Positions 28,256-39,400 of a stretch of 64,000 nucleotides of DNA are shown piece after piece (positions within the stretch are counted from its first letter, which is position 1; the number at the start of each line of letters is the position of its first letter). The stretch spans positions 15,624,001 through 15,688,000 of the forward strand of contig OZ024740.1 in assembly GCA_964016885.1 (NCBI GenBank), in the 5' to 3' direction. A model generated the notes under the pieces. That model saw nothing but the letters and a program-made list of their open reading frames with translations, was not told where the DNA came from and did no database searches. Made by a program: the position numbers and the translations under genes. Origin of the DNA: Eledone cirrhosa. Its lineage: Eukaryota.

Positions 28256-28704
28256 CACCGGCTGCAGTACACATCCTACCACAACTCTGTCAACTTATTC
28301 AAGTCAATATTGACGAGTCGTTCGTGTTTTGAAAAACAGAATATCATCTTCGTTCCCTTCAGGATCCCACAGGCAAAGGGGCAGCAGTCTTTGTGACATT
28401 TCTACCACGTTTCTTCCTTATTCGGAGATGATCGATGTCCAATTTTTCTATCGACATGCAACGCTAGCAGAAAATGATTTACTTTTGTTGCTATTAATGT
28501 CTTAGCTGATATTTAAATTAGTGTTTTCGCCTGTCGCATTGTAACCATCTTTACAGCCGCTTGTTTAATTGCTAAATTGCCACTTTTCCAGTCTATCTTT
28601 ACTATAGTCCATTTGGTCAAATGTTGGGTCGTATTTTCGTTGGTACCGCTAACCCAAATGTGATCCTCTTTAGTCACAAATAAACATTTTGGAAAGAATG
28701 TGGG

Positions 28705-28903
<199 letters not shown>

Positions 28904-28990
28904 ACCAAACTCGTCCCATTGGACTGAGTGCTCTACCACTACGAATATTACCTTCCAGTGTTCTACGTCTCTCTCTATATACATATATAT

Positions 28991-29158
28991 TTACATAATA
29001 AACAACACAATATAATTACTCCATTACCAAAGGTTTCAGGAGACATGACGATTCTTACAGAAACGTCCAGCTCGTTCATCAGATGAAATATTTCATCTTG
29101 TCTAGTCTCCTGAAACCTTTGGTAATGGAATAATTATATTGTGTTGTTTATTATGTAA
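28991..29158. mobile_element. MITE-like inverted repeat: 54-bp arms, 60-bp spacer, CA...TG ends flanked by TA
   Basis: 28991-29044 is the reverse complement of 29105-29158 at 53 of 54 positions (mismatch 29019/29130). TA|CATAAT...ATTATG|TA is compatible with a Tc1/mariner-type TA target. The inverted repeat is certain; the MITE call is inferred. Confidence 0.7.
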
Positions 29159-29336
29159 TTAAATAGCTCTGTTCAATACATGGAGCACTCTTCTTTCATT
29201 TACCTTTTCTACGGAAATACTTAACACACACACACATATATATAGTACCAGGGAAAAAATAGGAAAAAACTAGGCAGGAAGAGATTAACAGAAGATTAAT
29301 TATATGATACTTTATTTCATGGAGCTCGGAAAGATA

Positions 29337-29375
29337 TTCTTCTTCTTCTTCTTCTTCTTCTTCTTCTTCTTCTTC
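29337..29375. repeat. (TTC)13 microsatellite forming the 3' tail of the RTE element
   Basis: Read directly; lies immediately inside the left target-site copy. Confidence 0.97.
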
Positions 29376-29684
29376 TTTTTCGCCCACTTATTCCCGAGAG
29401 GAACAGACTCCCCAAACACTCCTTCCAGCAGGTCCTGTCAGAAGCAACCATCTCCAACAGATCCAGCTGGATTCCCCCCCCCCCCCCCCAAGTGAGACCA
29501 GCCAAGCTCATGGATGTTATCCAACCATCTTGCTCGGAGTCTACCCCTTGATCTCCTGCCCCTTGGTTTTGTCCGTAAAATCTGTCCAGCGATTCTTTCC
29601 TGAGACATTCTAACCACATGTCCACAGTATCGGAGCTGTGATCTCTCAAGTCAGAGAAGTAGCAGCTCTGCCTGGGGTGACTGT
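29337..29684 (-). mobile_element. 5'-truncated RTE-clade (Expander/Rex3-like) LINE, 348 bp, with (GAA)13 tail and 12-bp target-site duplication
   Basis: Minus-strand translation: QAELLLL*LERSQLRYCGHVVRMSQERIAGQILRTKPRGRRSRGRLRARWLDNIHELGWSHLG, frameshift in a G16 run, then IQLDLLEMVASDRTCWKECLGSL. This matches the RTE ORF C-terminus (ERSQLRW-GH--RM...GRR-RGRP--RW). Flanked by CTCGGAAAGATA (29325-29336) and CTCGGAAATATA (29685-29696). Confidence 0.92.
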
Positions 29685-30000
29685 CTCGGAAATATAAAAG
29701 GCAGAATTGATTTCGGTGGGGTTTGAATTTAGGACGTAAAACAAAACAAAAAAGTAATGGGATACTTGTCACAGACAGGTTTTCTATGTCTCCTCATCCA
29801 TCGAGATTACCCAAGTACCAGTAAGATACTGGTGTCTGTTCATCCACTCGAATATTATTGTTTTCTCAGATATATATTTGTTTCCTAGGCCGAGGAGAGT
29901 GGAAAGGAGAGACGAATGAGAGATATCATTATGAACATTTTTATGTTGTCGAAGGCAATATGGGGGGAGGGCATTTTAAATATCTTCAGTGAAACTCGTC

Positions 30001-30130
30001 TCTTTATATAAAATTCTTTGTCTCTGTTTGTCTGTCTGCCTGTATGTCTGCCAGTCTGTTCCTATGCATTCTCAAACGACTGGACCAAATCAAATCAAAT
30101 TTTACAAGGTAATAGTATGAGACACCGGGA
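30001..30130 (+). mobile_element. Probable 5' end of a non-autonomous Helitron-like element
   Basis: TCTTTATATAAAA, then a (TGTC)n-like tract, then CTATGCATTCTCAAACGACTGGACCAAATCAAATCAAATTTT. This order resembles 5' regions of invertebrate non-autonomous Helitrons. No 3' hairpin plus CTRR end is visible in the window. Confidence 0.5.
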
Positions 30131-30260
30131 GTGTCGACATGTAATTTTTAATTTCATTTGGATTAAAACATTTAAAATATTTTAACTAAAATAACCTTTC
30201 TATTTTGAACTATAGTAAACCACCACCACGACGATGACGACGACGTCACATTTTGTATAA

Positions 30261-30446
30261 GAGTGTGTATGTGTCTGTGAGTGTGTGTGTGTTTGCGTGT
30301 TCGCCTCAGAGAATTAAACACACACACACACATCTACATATGCATATATCTTTAGTACGTTGCATACACATTATCTTCACACACACACAATAAAACAAAC
30401 ACACACACATATCAGCACATACAGATACATATGTGGTGACAGACAG
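30261..30446. repeat. Mixed-orientation GT/CA low-complexity transition zone
   Basis: GT-rich 30261-30300, CA-rich about 30318-30430, then GT-rich again into the array. Confidence 0.8.
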
Positions 30447-33400
30447 GTGTGAGTGTATGTCTGTCTTAGTATATGTATGTGAGTGTATGTGAGAGTGTGT
30501 GTGAGTGTATGTGTGTGTGATGTATGTGAAAGTGTGTGTGTGTAAGTGTGTGTATGTGAGTGTGTGTGTGTGAGTGTATGTGAGAGCGTATGTGCGTGTG
30601 AGTGTATGTGTGTGTGAGTGTATGTGTGAGTGTATGTGTGTGTGAGTGTATGTGTGTGTGACTGTATGTGTGTGTGAGTGTATGCGAGAGTGAATGTGTG
30701 TGTGAGTGTGTGTGAGTGTATGTGTGTATGAGTGTATGTGAGAGCGTATGCGTGTGAGTGTATGTGTGTGTGAGTGTATGTGTGTGTGGGTGTATGTGTG
30801 TGTGAGTGTATGTGTGTATGAGTGTATGTGAGAGTGAATGTGTGTGTGAGTGTATGTGTGTATGAGTGTATGTGTGTGTGAGTGTATGTGTGTGTGAGTG
30901 TATGTTAGAGTGAATGTGTGTGTGAGTGTATGTGTCTGTGAGTGTATGTGTGTGTGAGTGTATGTATGTGTGAGTGTATGTGAGAGTGAATGTGTGTGTG
31001 AGTGTATGTGTGTGTGAGTGTATGTGTGTGTGAGTGTATGTGAGAGCGTATGTGTGTGTGAGTGTGAGTGTGTGTGAGTGTATGTGTGTGTGAGTGTATG
31101 TGTATGTGAGTGGATGTGTGAGTGTATGTGTGTGTGTGTGAGTGTATGTGTGTGTGAGTGTATCTGTGTATGAGTGTATGTGAGAGCGTATGTGTGTATG
31201 AGTGTATGTGTGCGTGAGTGTATGTGTGAGTGTATGTGTGTGTGAGTGTATGTGTGTGTGAGTGTATGTGAGAGCGTATGTGTGTGTTAGTGTGAGTGTG
31301 TGTGAGTGTATGTGTGTGTGAGTGTATGTGAGAGCCTATGTGTGTGTGAGTGTGAGTGTGTGTGAGTGTATGTGTGTGTGAGTGTATGTGTGTGTGAGTG
31401 TATGTGAGAGCGTATATGTGTGTGAGTGTATGTGTGTGAGTGTATGTGTGAGTGTATGTGTGTGAGAGGGTATGTGTGTGAGTGTATGTGTGTGTGAGTG
31501 TATGTGTGTGTGAGTGTATGTGTCAGTGTGTGTGAGTGTATGTGAGACAGCATGTGTGTGTGAGTGTATGTGTGTGTGAGTGTATGTGTGAGTGTATGTG
31601 TGTGTGAGTGTATGTGTGTGAGAGCGGATGTGTGTGTGAGTGTATGTGAGAGCGTATATGTGAGTGAGTGTATGTGTGTCAGAGTATCTGTGAGTGTATG
31701 TGTGTGTGAGTGTATGTGAGAGCGTATATGTGTGTGAGTGTATGTGTGTGAGTGTATGTGAGAGTGTATGTGTGTGTGAGTGTATGTGTGTGTGAGTGTA
31801 CGTGTGCGTGAGTGTATGTGTGTGTGAGTGTATGTGTGTGTGAGTGTATGTGAGAGCGTATATGTGTGGGAGTGTATGTGTGTGAGTGTATGTGTTAGTG
31901 TATGTGTCTGTGAGTGTATGTATGTGTGAGTGTATGTGTGTGTGAGTGTATCTGAGAGCGTATATGTGTGTGCGTGTATGTGTGTGAGTGTATGGGTGTG
32001 TGAGTGCATGTGTGTGTGAGTGTATGTGTCAGTGTATGTGTGTGTGAGTGTATGTGTGTGTGAGTGTATGTGTCCCAGTGTATGTGTGAGCGTATATGTG
32101 TGAGTGTATATGTGTGAGTGCATCTGTGTGTGAGTGTATGTGTGAGCGTATGTGTGTGAGAGTGTATGTGTGTGTGAGTGTATGTGAGAGCGTATGTGTG
32201 TGAGTGTACGTGTGAGTGTATGTGTGTGTGGCTGTATGTGTGTGTGAGTGTATGTGAGAGTGAATGTGTGTGTGAGTGTATGTGTGTGTGAGTGTATGTG
32301 AGAGCGTATGTGTGTATGAGTGTATGTGTGCGTGAGTGTATGTGTGAGTGTATGTGTGTGTGAGTGTATGTGTGTGTGAGTGTATGTGAGAGCGTATGTG
32401 TGTGTTAGTGTGAGTGTGTGTGAGTGTATGTGTGTGTGAGTGAATGTGAGAGCCTATGTGTGTGTGAGTGTGAGTGTATGTGAGTGTATGTGTGTGTGAG
32501 TGTATGTGTATGTGAGTTTATGTGTGGCTGTATGTGTGTGTGAGTGTATGTGTGTGTGAGTGTATCTGTGTGTGAGTGTATGTGAGAGCGTATATGTGTG
32601 TGACTGTATGTTTGAGTGTATGTGTGTGAGAGTGTATGTGTGTGTGTGTGAGTATATGTGTGTGTGAGTGTATCTGTGTGTGAGTGTATGTGAGAGCGTA
32701 TATGTGTGTGAGTGTATGTGTGTGTGAGTGTATGTGTGTGTGAGTGTATGTGTCAGTGTACGTGTGTGTGAGTGTATGTGAGAGCGCATGTGTGTGTGAG
32801 TGTATGTGTGTGTGAGTGTATGTGTTATTGTATGTGTGTGTGAGTGTATGTGTGTGTGAGTGTATGTGTGTGTGAGTGTATGTGTGTGTGAGTGTATGTG
32901 TGTGTGAGTGTATGTGTGTGTGAGTGTATGTGTGTGTGAGTGTATGTGTGTTGAGTGTATGTGAGAGTGAATGTGTGTGTGAGTGTATGTGTGTGTGAGT
33001 GTATGTGTGTCTGAGTGTATGTGAGAGTGTATGTGTGTGTGAGTGTATGTGTGTGAGTGTATGTGTGAGTGTATGTGTGTCTGTGTGAGTGTATGTGTGA
33101 GTGTATGTGTGTCTGTGTGAGTGTATGTGTGAGTGAGTGTATGTGAGAGCGTATATGTGTGTGAGTGTATATGTGTGAGTGTATGTGTGAGTGTGTGTGT
33201 GAGTGTATGTGTGTGAGAGCGTATGTGTGTGTGAGTGTATGTGTTTGTGAGTGTATGTGTGAGTGTATGTGTGTGAGAGCGTATGTGTGTGTGAGTGTAT
33301 GTGAGAGTGTATATGTGTGTGAGTGTATGTGTGTGAGTGTATGTGTGAGTGTATGTGTGTGTGAGTGTATGTGTGTGTGAGTGTATGTGAGAGCGTATAT

Positions 33401-36400
33401 GTGTGTGAGTGTATGTGTGTGAGTGTATGTGTGAGTGTATGTGTCTGTGAATGTATGTGTGTGTGAGTGTATGTGTGTGTGAGTGTATGTGAGAGCGTAT
33501 ATGTGTGTGAGTGTATGTGTGTGAGTGTATGTGAGAGCGCATGTGTGTGTGAGTGAATGTGTGTGTGAGTGTATGTGTGAGTGTATGTGTGTGTGAGTGT
33601 ATGTGTGTGTGAGTGTATGTGTGTGTGAGTGTATGTGTGTGTGAGTGTATGTGTGTGAGAGTGTATGTGTGTGTGAGTGTATGTGTGTCTGAGTGTATGT
33701 GTGAGCGTATATGTGTGAGTGTATGTGTGTGAGTGTATGTGTGAGTGTATGTGTGTGTGAGTGTATGTCTGTGTGAGTGTATGTGTGTGTGAGTGTATGT
33801 GTGTGTGAGTGTATGTGTGTGAGAGTGTATGTGAGAGTAAATGTGTGTGTGAGTGTATGTGTGTGTGAGTGTATGTGTGTCTGAGTGTATGTGAGAGCGT
33901 ATGTGTGTGTGAGTGTATGTGTGAGTGTATGTGTCTGTGAGTGTATGTGTGTGAGAGCGTATGTGTGTGTAAGTGTATGTGTGTGTGAGTGTATGTGTGA
34001 GTGTATGTGTGTGAGAGCGTATGTGTGTGTGAGTGTACGTGAGAGTGTATGTGTGTGTGAGTGTATGTGTGTGTGAGTGTATGTGTGTGTGAGTGTATGT
34101 GAGAGCGTATATGTGTGGGAGTGTATGTGTGTGAGTGTATGTGTTAGTGTATGTGTCTGTGAGTGTATGTGTGTGTGAGTGTATGTGTGTGTGAGTGTAT
34201 CTGAGAGCGTATATGTGTGTGAGTGTATGTGTGTGAGTGTATGTGTGTGAGTGTATGTGTGTGAGAGTGCATGTGTGTGTGAGTGTATGTGTCAGTGTAT
34301 GTGTGTGTGAGTGTATGTGTGTCTGAGTGTATGTGTGAGCGTATATGTGTGAGTATATATGTGTGAGTGTATCTGTGTGTGAGTGTATGTGTGTGAGAGC
34401 GTATGTGTGTGTGAGTGTATGTGTGAGCGCATGTGTGTGAGAGTGTATGTGTGTGTGAGTGTATGTGAGAGCCTATGTGTGTGTGAGTGTATGTGTGTGT
34501 GAGTGTATGTGTGTGTGAGTGTATGTGAGAGCGTATGTGTGTATGAGTGTATGTGTGCGTGAGTGTATGTGTGAGTGTATGTGTGTGTGAGTGTATGTGT
34601 GTGAGAGTGTATGTGAGAGCGTATGTGTGTGTTAGTGTGAGTGTGTGTGAGTGTATGTGTGTGTGAGTGTATGTGTATGTGAGTGGATGTGTGGGTGTAT
34701 GTGTGTGTGTGTGTGAGTGTATGTGTGTGTGAGTGTATCTGTGTGTGAGTGTATGTGAGAGCGTATATGTGTGTGACTGTATGTGTGAGTGTATGTGTGT
34801 GAGAGGGTATGTGTGTGAGTGTATGTGTGTGTGAGTGTATGTGTGTGTGAGTGTATGTGTCAGTGTGTGTGAGTGTATGTGAGACCGCATGTGTGTGTGA
34901 GTGTATGTGTGTGTGAGTGTATGTGTGAGTGTATGTGTGTGTGAGTGTATGTGTGTGAGAGCGGATGTGTGTGTGAGTGTATGTGAGAGCGTATATGTGT
35001 GTGAGTGTATGTGTGTCAGAATATCTGTGAGTGTATGTGTGTGTGAGTGTATGTGAGAGCGTATATGTGTGTGAGTGTATGTGTGTGAGTGTATGTGAGA
35101 GTGTATGTGTGTGTGAGTGTATGTGTGTGTGAGTGTACGTGTGCGTGAGTGTATGTGTGTGTGAGTGTATGTGTGTGTGAGTGTATGTGAGAGCGTATAT
35201 GTGTGGGAGTGTATGTGTGTGAGTGTATGTGTTAGTGTATGTGTCTGTGAGTGTATGTATGTGTGAGTGTATGTGTGTGTGAGTGTATCTGAGAGCGTAT
35301 ATGTGTGTGCGTGTATGTGTGTGAGTGTATGGGTGTGTGAGTGCATGTGTGTGTGAGTGTATGTGTCAGTGTATGTGTGTGTGAGTGTATGTGTGTGTGA
35401 GTGTATGTGTCCCAGTGTATGTGTGAGCGTATATGTGTGAGTGTATATGTGTGAGTGTATCTGTGTGTGAGTGTATGTGTGAGCGTATGTGTGTGAGAGT
35501 GTATGTGTGTGTGAGTGTATGTGAGAGCGTATGTGTGTGAGTGTACGTGTGAGTGTATGTGTGTGTGGCTGTATGTGTGTGTGAGTGTATGTGAGAGTGA
35601 ATGTGTGTGTGAGTGTATGTGTGTGTGAGTGTATGTGAGAGCGTATGTGTGTATGAGTGTATGTGTGCGTGAGTGTATGTGTGAGTGTATGTGTGTGTGA
35701 GTGTATGTGTGTGTGAGTGTATGTGAGAGCGTATGTGTGTGTTAGTGTGAGTGTGTGTGAGTGTATGTGTGTGTGAGTGAATGTGAGAGCCTATGTGTGT
35801 GTGAGTGTGAGTGTATGTGAGTGTATGTGTGTGTGAGTGTATGTGTATGTGAGTGGATGTGTGGCTGTATGTGTGTGTGAGTGTATGTGTGTGTGAGTGT
35901 ATCTGTGTGTGAGTGTATGTGAGAGCGTATATGTGTGTGACTGTATGTTTGAGTGTATGTGTGTGAGAGTGTATGTGTGTGTGTGTGAGTATATGTGTGT
36001 GTGAGTGTATCTGTGTGTGAGTGTATGTGAGAGCGTATATGTGTGTGAGTGTATGTGTGTGTGAGTGTATGTGTGTGTGAGTGTATGTGTCAGTGTATGT
36101 GTGTGTGAGTGTATGTGAGAGCGCATGTGTGTGTGAGTGTATGTGTGTGTGAGTGTATGTGTTATTGTATGTGTGTGTGAGTGTATGTGTGTGTGAGTGT
36201 ATGTGTGTGTGAGTGTATGTGTGTGTGAGTGTATGTGTGTGAGTGTATGTGTGTGTGAGTGTATGTGTGTTGAGTGTATGTGAGAGTGAATGTGTGTGTG
36301 AGTGTATGTGTGTGTGAGTGTATGTGTGTCTGAGTGTATGTGAGAGTGTATGTGTGTGTGAGTGTATGTGTGTGAGTGTATGTGTGAGTGTATGTGTGTC

Positions 36401-39400
36401 TGTGTGAGTGTATGTGTGAGTGTATGTGTGTCTGTGTGAGTGTATGTGTGAGTGAGTGTATGTGAGAGCGTATATGTGTGTGAGTGTATATGTGTGAGTG
36501 TATGTGTGAGTGTGTGTGTGAGTGTATGTGTGTGAGAGCGTATGTGTGTGTGAGTGTATGTGTTTGTGAGTGTATGTGTGAGTGTATGTGTGTGAGAGCG
36601 TATGTGTGTGTGAGTGTATGTGAGAGTGTATATGTGTGTGAGTGTATGTGTGTGAGTGTATGTGTGAGTGTATGTGTGTGTGAGTGTATGTGTGTGTGAG
36701 TGTATGTGAGAGCGTATATGTGTGTGAGTGTATGTGTGTGAGTGTATGTGTGAGTGTATGTGTCTGTGAATGTATGTGTGTGTGAGTGTATGTGTGTGTG
36801 AGTGTATGTGAGAGCGTATATGTGTGTGAGTGTATCTGTGTGAGTGTGTGTGAGAGCGCATGTGTGTGTGAGTGAATGTGTGTGTGAGTGTATGTGTGAG
36901 TGTATGTGTGTGTGAGTGTATGTGTGTGTGAGTGTATGTGTGTGTGAGTGTATGTGTGTGTGAGTGTATGTGTGTGAGAGTGTATGTGTGTGTGAGTGTA
37001 TGTGTGTGAGAGTGTATGTGAGAGTAAATGTGTGTGTGAGTGTATGTGTGTGTGAGTGTATGTGTGTCTGAGTGTATGTGAGAGCGTATATGTGTGAGTG
37101 TATGTGTGTGAGTGTATGTGTGAGTGTATGTGTGTGTGAGTGTATGTCTGTGTGAGTGTATGTGTGTGTGAGTGTATGTGTGTGTGAGTGTATGTGTGTG
37201 AGAGTGTATGTGAGAGTAAATGTGTGTGTGAGTGTATGTGTGTGTGAGTGTATGTGTGTCTGAGTGTATGTGAGAGCGTATGTGTGTGTGAGTGTATGTG
37301 TGAGTCTATGTGTCTGTGAGTGTATGTGTGTGAGAGCGTATGTGTGTGTAATTGTATGTGTGTGTGAGTGTATGTGTGAGTGTATGTGTGTGAGAGCGTA
37401 TGTGTGTGTGAGTGTACGTGAGAGTGTATGTGTGTGTGAGTGTATGTGTGTGTGAGTGTATGTGTGTGTGAGTGTATGTGAGAGCGTATATGTGTGGGAG
37501 TGTATGTGTGTGAGTGTATGTGTTAGTGTATGTGTCTGTGAGTGTATGTGTGTGTGAGTGTATGTGTGTGTGAGTGTATCTGAGAGCGTATATGTGTGTG
37601 AGTGTATGTGTGTGAGTGTATGTGTGTGAGAGTGCATGTGTGTGTGAGTGTATGTGTCAGTGTATGTGTGTGTGAGTGTATGTGTGTCTGAGTGTATGTG
37701 TGAGCGTATATGTGTGAGTATATATGTGTGAGTGTATCTGTGTGTGAGTGTATGTGTGTGAGAGCGTATGTGTGTGTGAGTGTATGTGTGAGCGCATGTG
37801 TGTGAGAGTGTATGTGTGTGTGAGTGTATGTGAGAGCCTATGTGTGTGTGAGTGTATGTGTGTGTGAGTGTATGTGTGTGTGAGTGTATGTGAGAGCGTA
37901 TGTGTGTATGAGTGTATGTGTGCGTGAGTGTATGTGTGAGTGTATGTGTGTGTGAGTGTGTGTGTGTGAGAGTGTATGTGAGAGCGTATGTGTGTGATAG
38001 TGTGAGTGTGTGTGAGTGTATGTGTGTGTGAGTGTATGTGTATGTGAGTGGATGTTTGGGTGTATGTGTGTGTGTGTGTGAGTGTATGTGTGTGTGAGTG
38101 TATCTGTGTGTGAGTGTATGTGAGAGCGTATATGTGTGTGACTGTATGTGTGAGTGTATGTGTGTGAGAGTGTATATGTGTGTGAGTGTATGTGTATGTG
38201 AGTGGATGTGTGAGTTTATGTGTGTGTGTGTGTGTGAGTGTATGGGTGTGTGAGTGTATCTGTGTGTGAGTGTATGTGAGAGCGTATATGTGTGTGTGTG
38301 TATGTGTGTGAGTGTATGTGTGAGTGTATGTGTGTGTGAGTATATCTGTGTGTGAGTGTATGTGTGTGTGAGTGTATGTGTCAGTGTATGTGTGTTTGAG
38401 TGTATGTGTGTCTGTGTGAGTGTATGTGTGTGTGAGTGTATGTGAGAGCGTATATGTGTGTGAGTGTATATGTGTGAGTGTATGTGTGAGTGTATGTGTG
38501 TGTGAGTGTATGTGTGTGAGAGGGTATGTGTGTGTGAGTGTATGTGTGTGTGAGTGTATGTGTGACTGTATGTGTGTGAGAGCGTATGTGTGTGTGAGGG
38601 TATGTGAGAGCGTATATGTGTGTGAGTGTATGTGTGTGAGTGTATGTTTGAGTGTATGTGTGTGTGAGTGTATGTGTGTGTGAGTGTATGTGAGAGCGTA
38701 TATGTGTGTGAGTGTATGTGTGTGAGTGTATGTGTGAGTGTATGTGTGTGTGAGTGTATGTGTGTGTGAGTGTATGAGTCAGTGTATGTGTGTGTGAGTG
38801 TATGTGAGAGCGCATGTGTGAGTGAGTGTATGTGTGTGTGAGTGTATGTGTGAGTGTATGTGTGTGTGAGTGTATGTGTGTGTGAGTGTATGTGTGTGTG
38901 AGTGTATGTGTGTGTGAGTGTATGTGTGTGTGAGTGTATGTGTGTGAGTGTATGTGTGAGTGTATGTGTGTGTGAGTGTATGTCTGTGTGAGTGTATGTG
39001 TGTGTGAGTGTATGTGTGTGTGTGTGTATGTGTGTGAGAGTGTAAGTTTATGTGAGAGTGAATGTGTGTGTGAGAGTATTTGTGTGTGAGTGTATGTGTG
39101 TCTGAGTGTATGTGAGAGCGTATGTGTGTGTGAGTGTATGTGTGTGACTGTATGTGTGAGTGTATGTGTGTGTGAGTGTATGTGAGAGCATATATGTGTG
39201 TGATTGTATATGTGTGAGTGTATGTGTGAGTGTATGTGTCTGTGAGTGTATGTGTGTGAGAGCGTATGTGTGTGTAAGTGTATGTGTGTGTGAGTGTATG
39301 TGTGAGTGCATCATATGTGTGAGAGCGTATGTGTGTGTGAGTGTATGTGAGAGCTTATATGTGTGTGAGTGTATGTGAGAGTGTATGTGTGTGTGAGTGT

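Larger units (their letters stand above)
29306..29770 (-). mobile_element. Probable decayed tRNA-derived SINE interrupted by the RTE insertion
   Basis: Removing the RTE and one TSD copy gives GATACTTTATTTCATGGAGCTCGGAAAGATAAAAGGCAGAATTGATTTCGGTGGGGTTTGAATTTAGGACGTAAA. From memory this resembles an abundant octopus interspersed repeat (GGTACTTATTTTATCGACCCCGAAAGGATGAAAGGCAAAGTTGACCTCGGCGGAATTTGAACTCAGAACGTAAAG). A degenerate B-box ATTCAAACC is on the minus strand near 29720-29728. Ends are approximate. Confidence 0.55.

Noticed and set aside
28303-28314. 12-bp palindrome GTCAATATTGAC, and a 7-bp stem at 29817-29833
   Set aside because: Short enough to arise by chance, with no supporting context.
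28920-28945. tRNA-like GTAGTGGTAGAGCACTC on the minus strand
   Set aside because: Only an A-box/D-loop-like fragment; no cloverleaf or properly spaced B-box.
29045-29115. Hammerhead ribozyme (CTGATGA on the minus strand; ATGACGA...GAAACGTC on the plus strand)
   Set aside because: I could not build helix II closing onto a GAAA on the same strand with an intact CUGANGA core. An Infernal search with hammerhead models would settle whether it is a decayed Penelope-type motif.
29889-29954. Possible small exon after TTTGTTTCCTAG (could read GRGEWKGETNERYHYEHFYVVE)
   Set aside because: The acceptor is plausible but there is no good GT donor and no recognised homology. It would need spliced RNA-seq reads.
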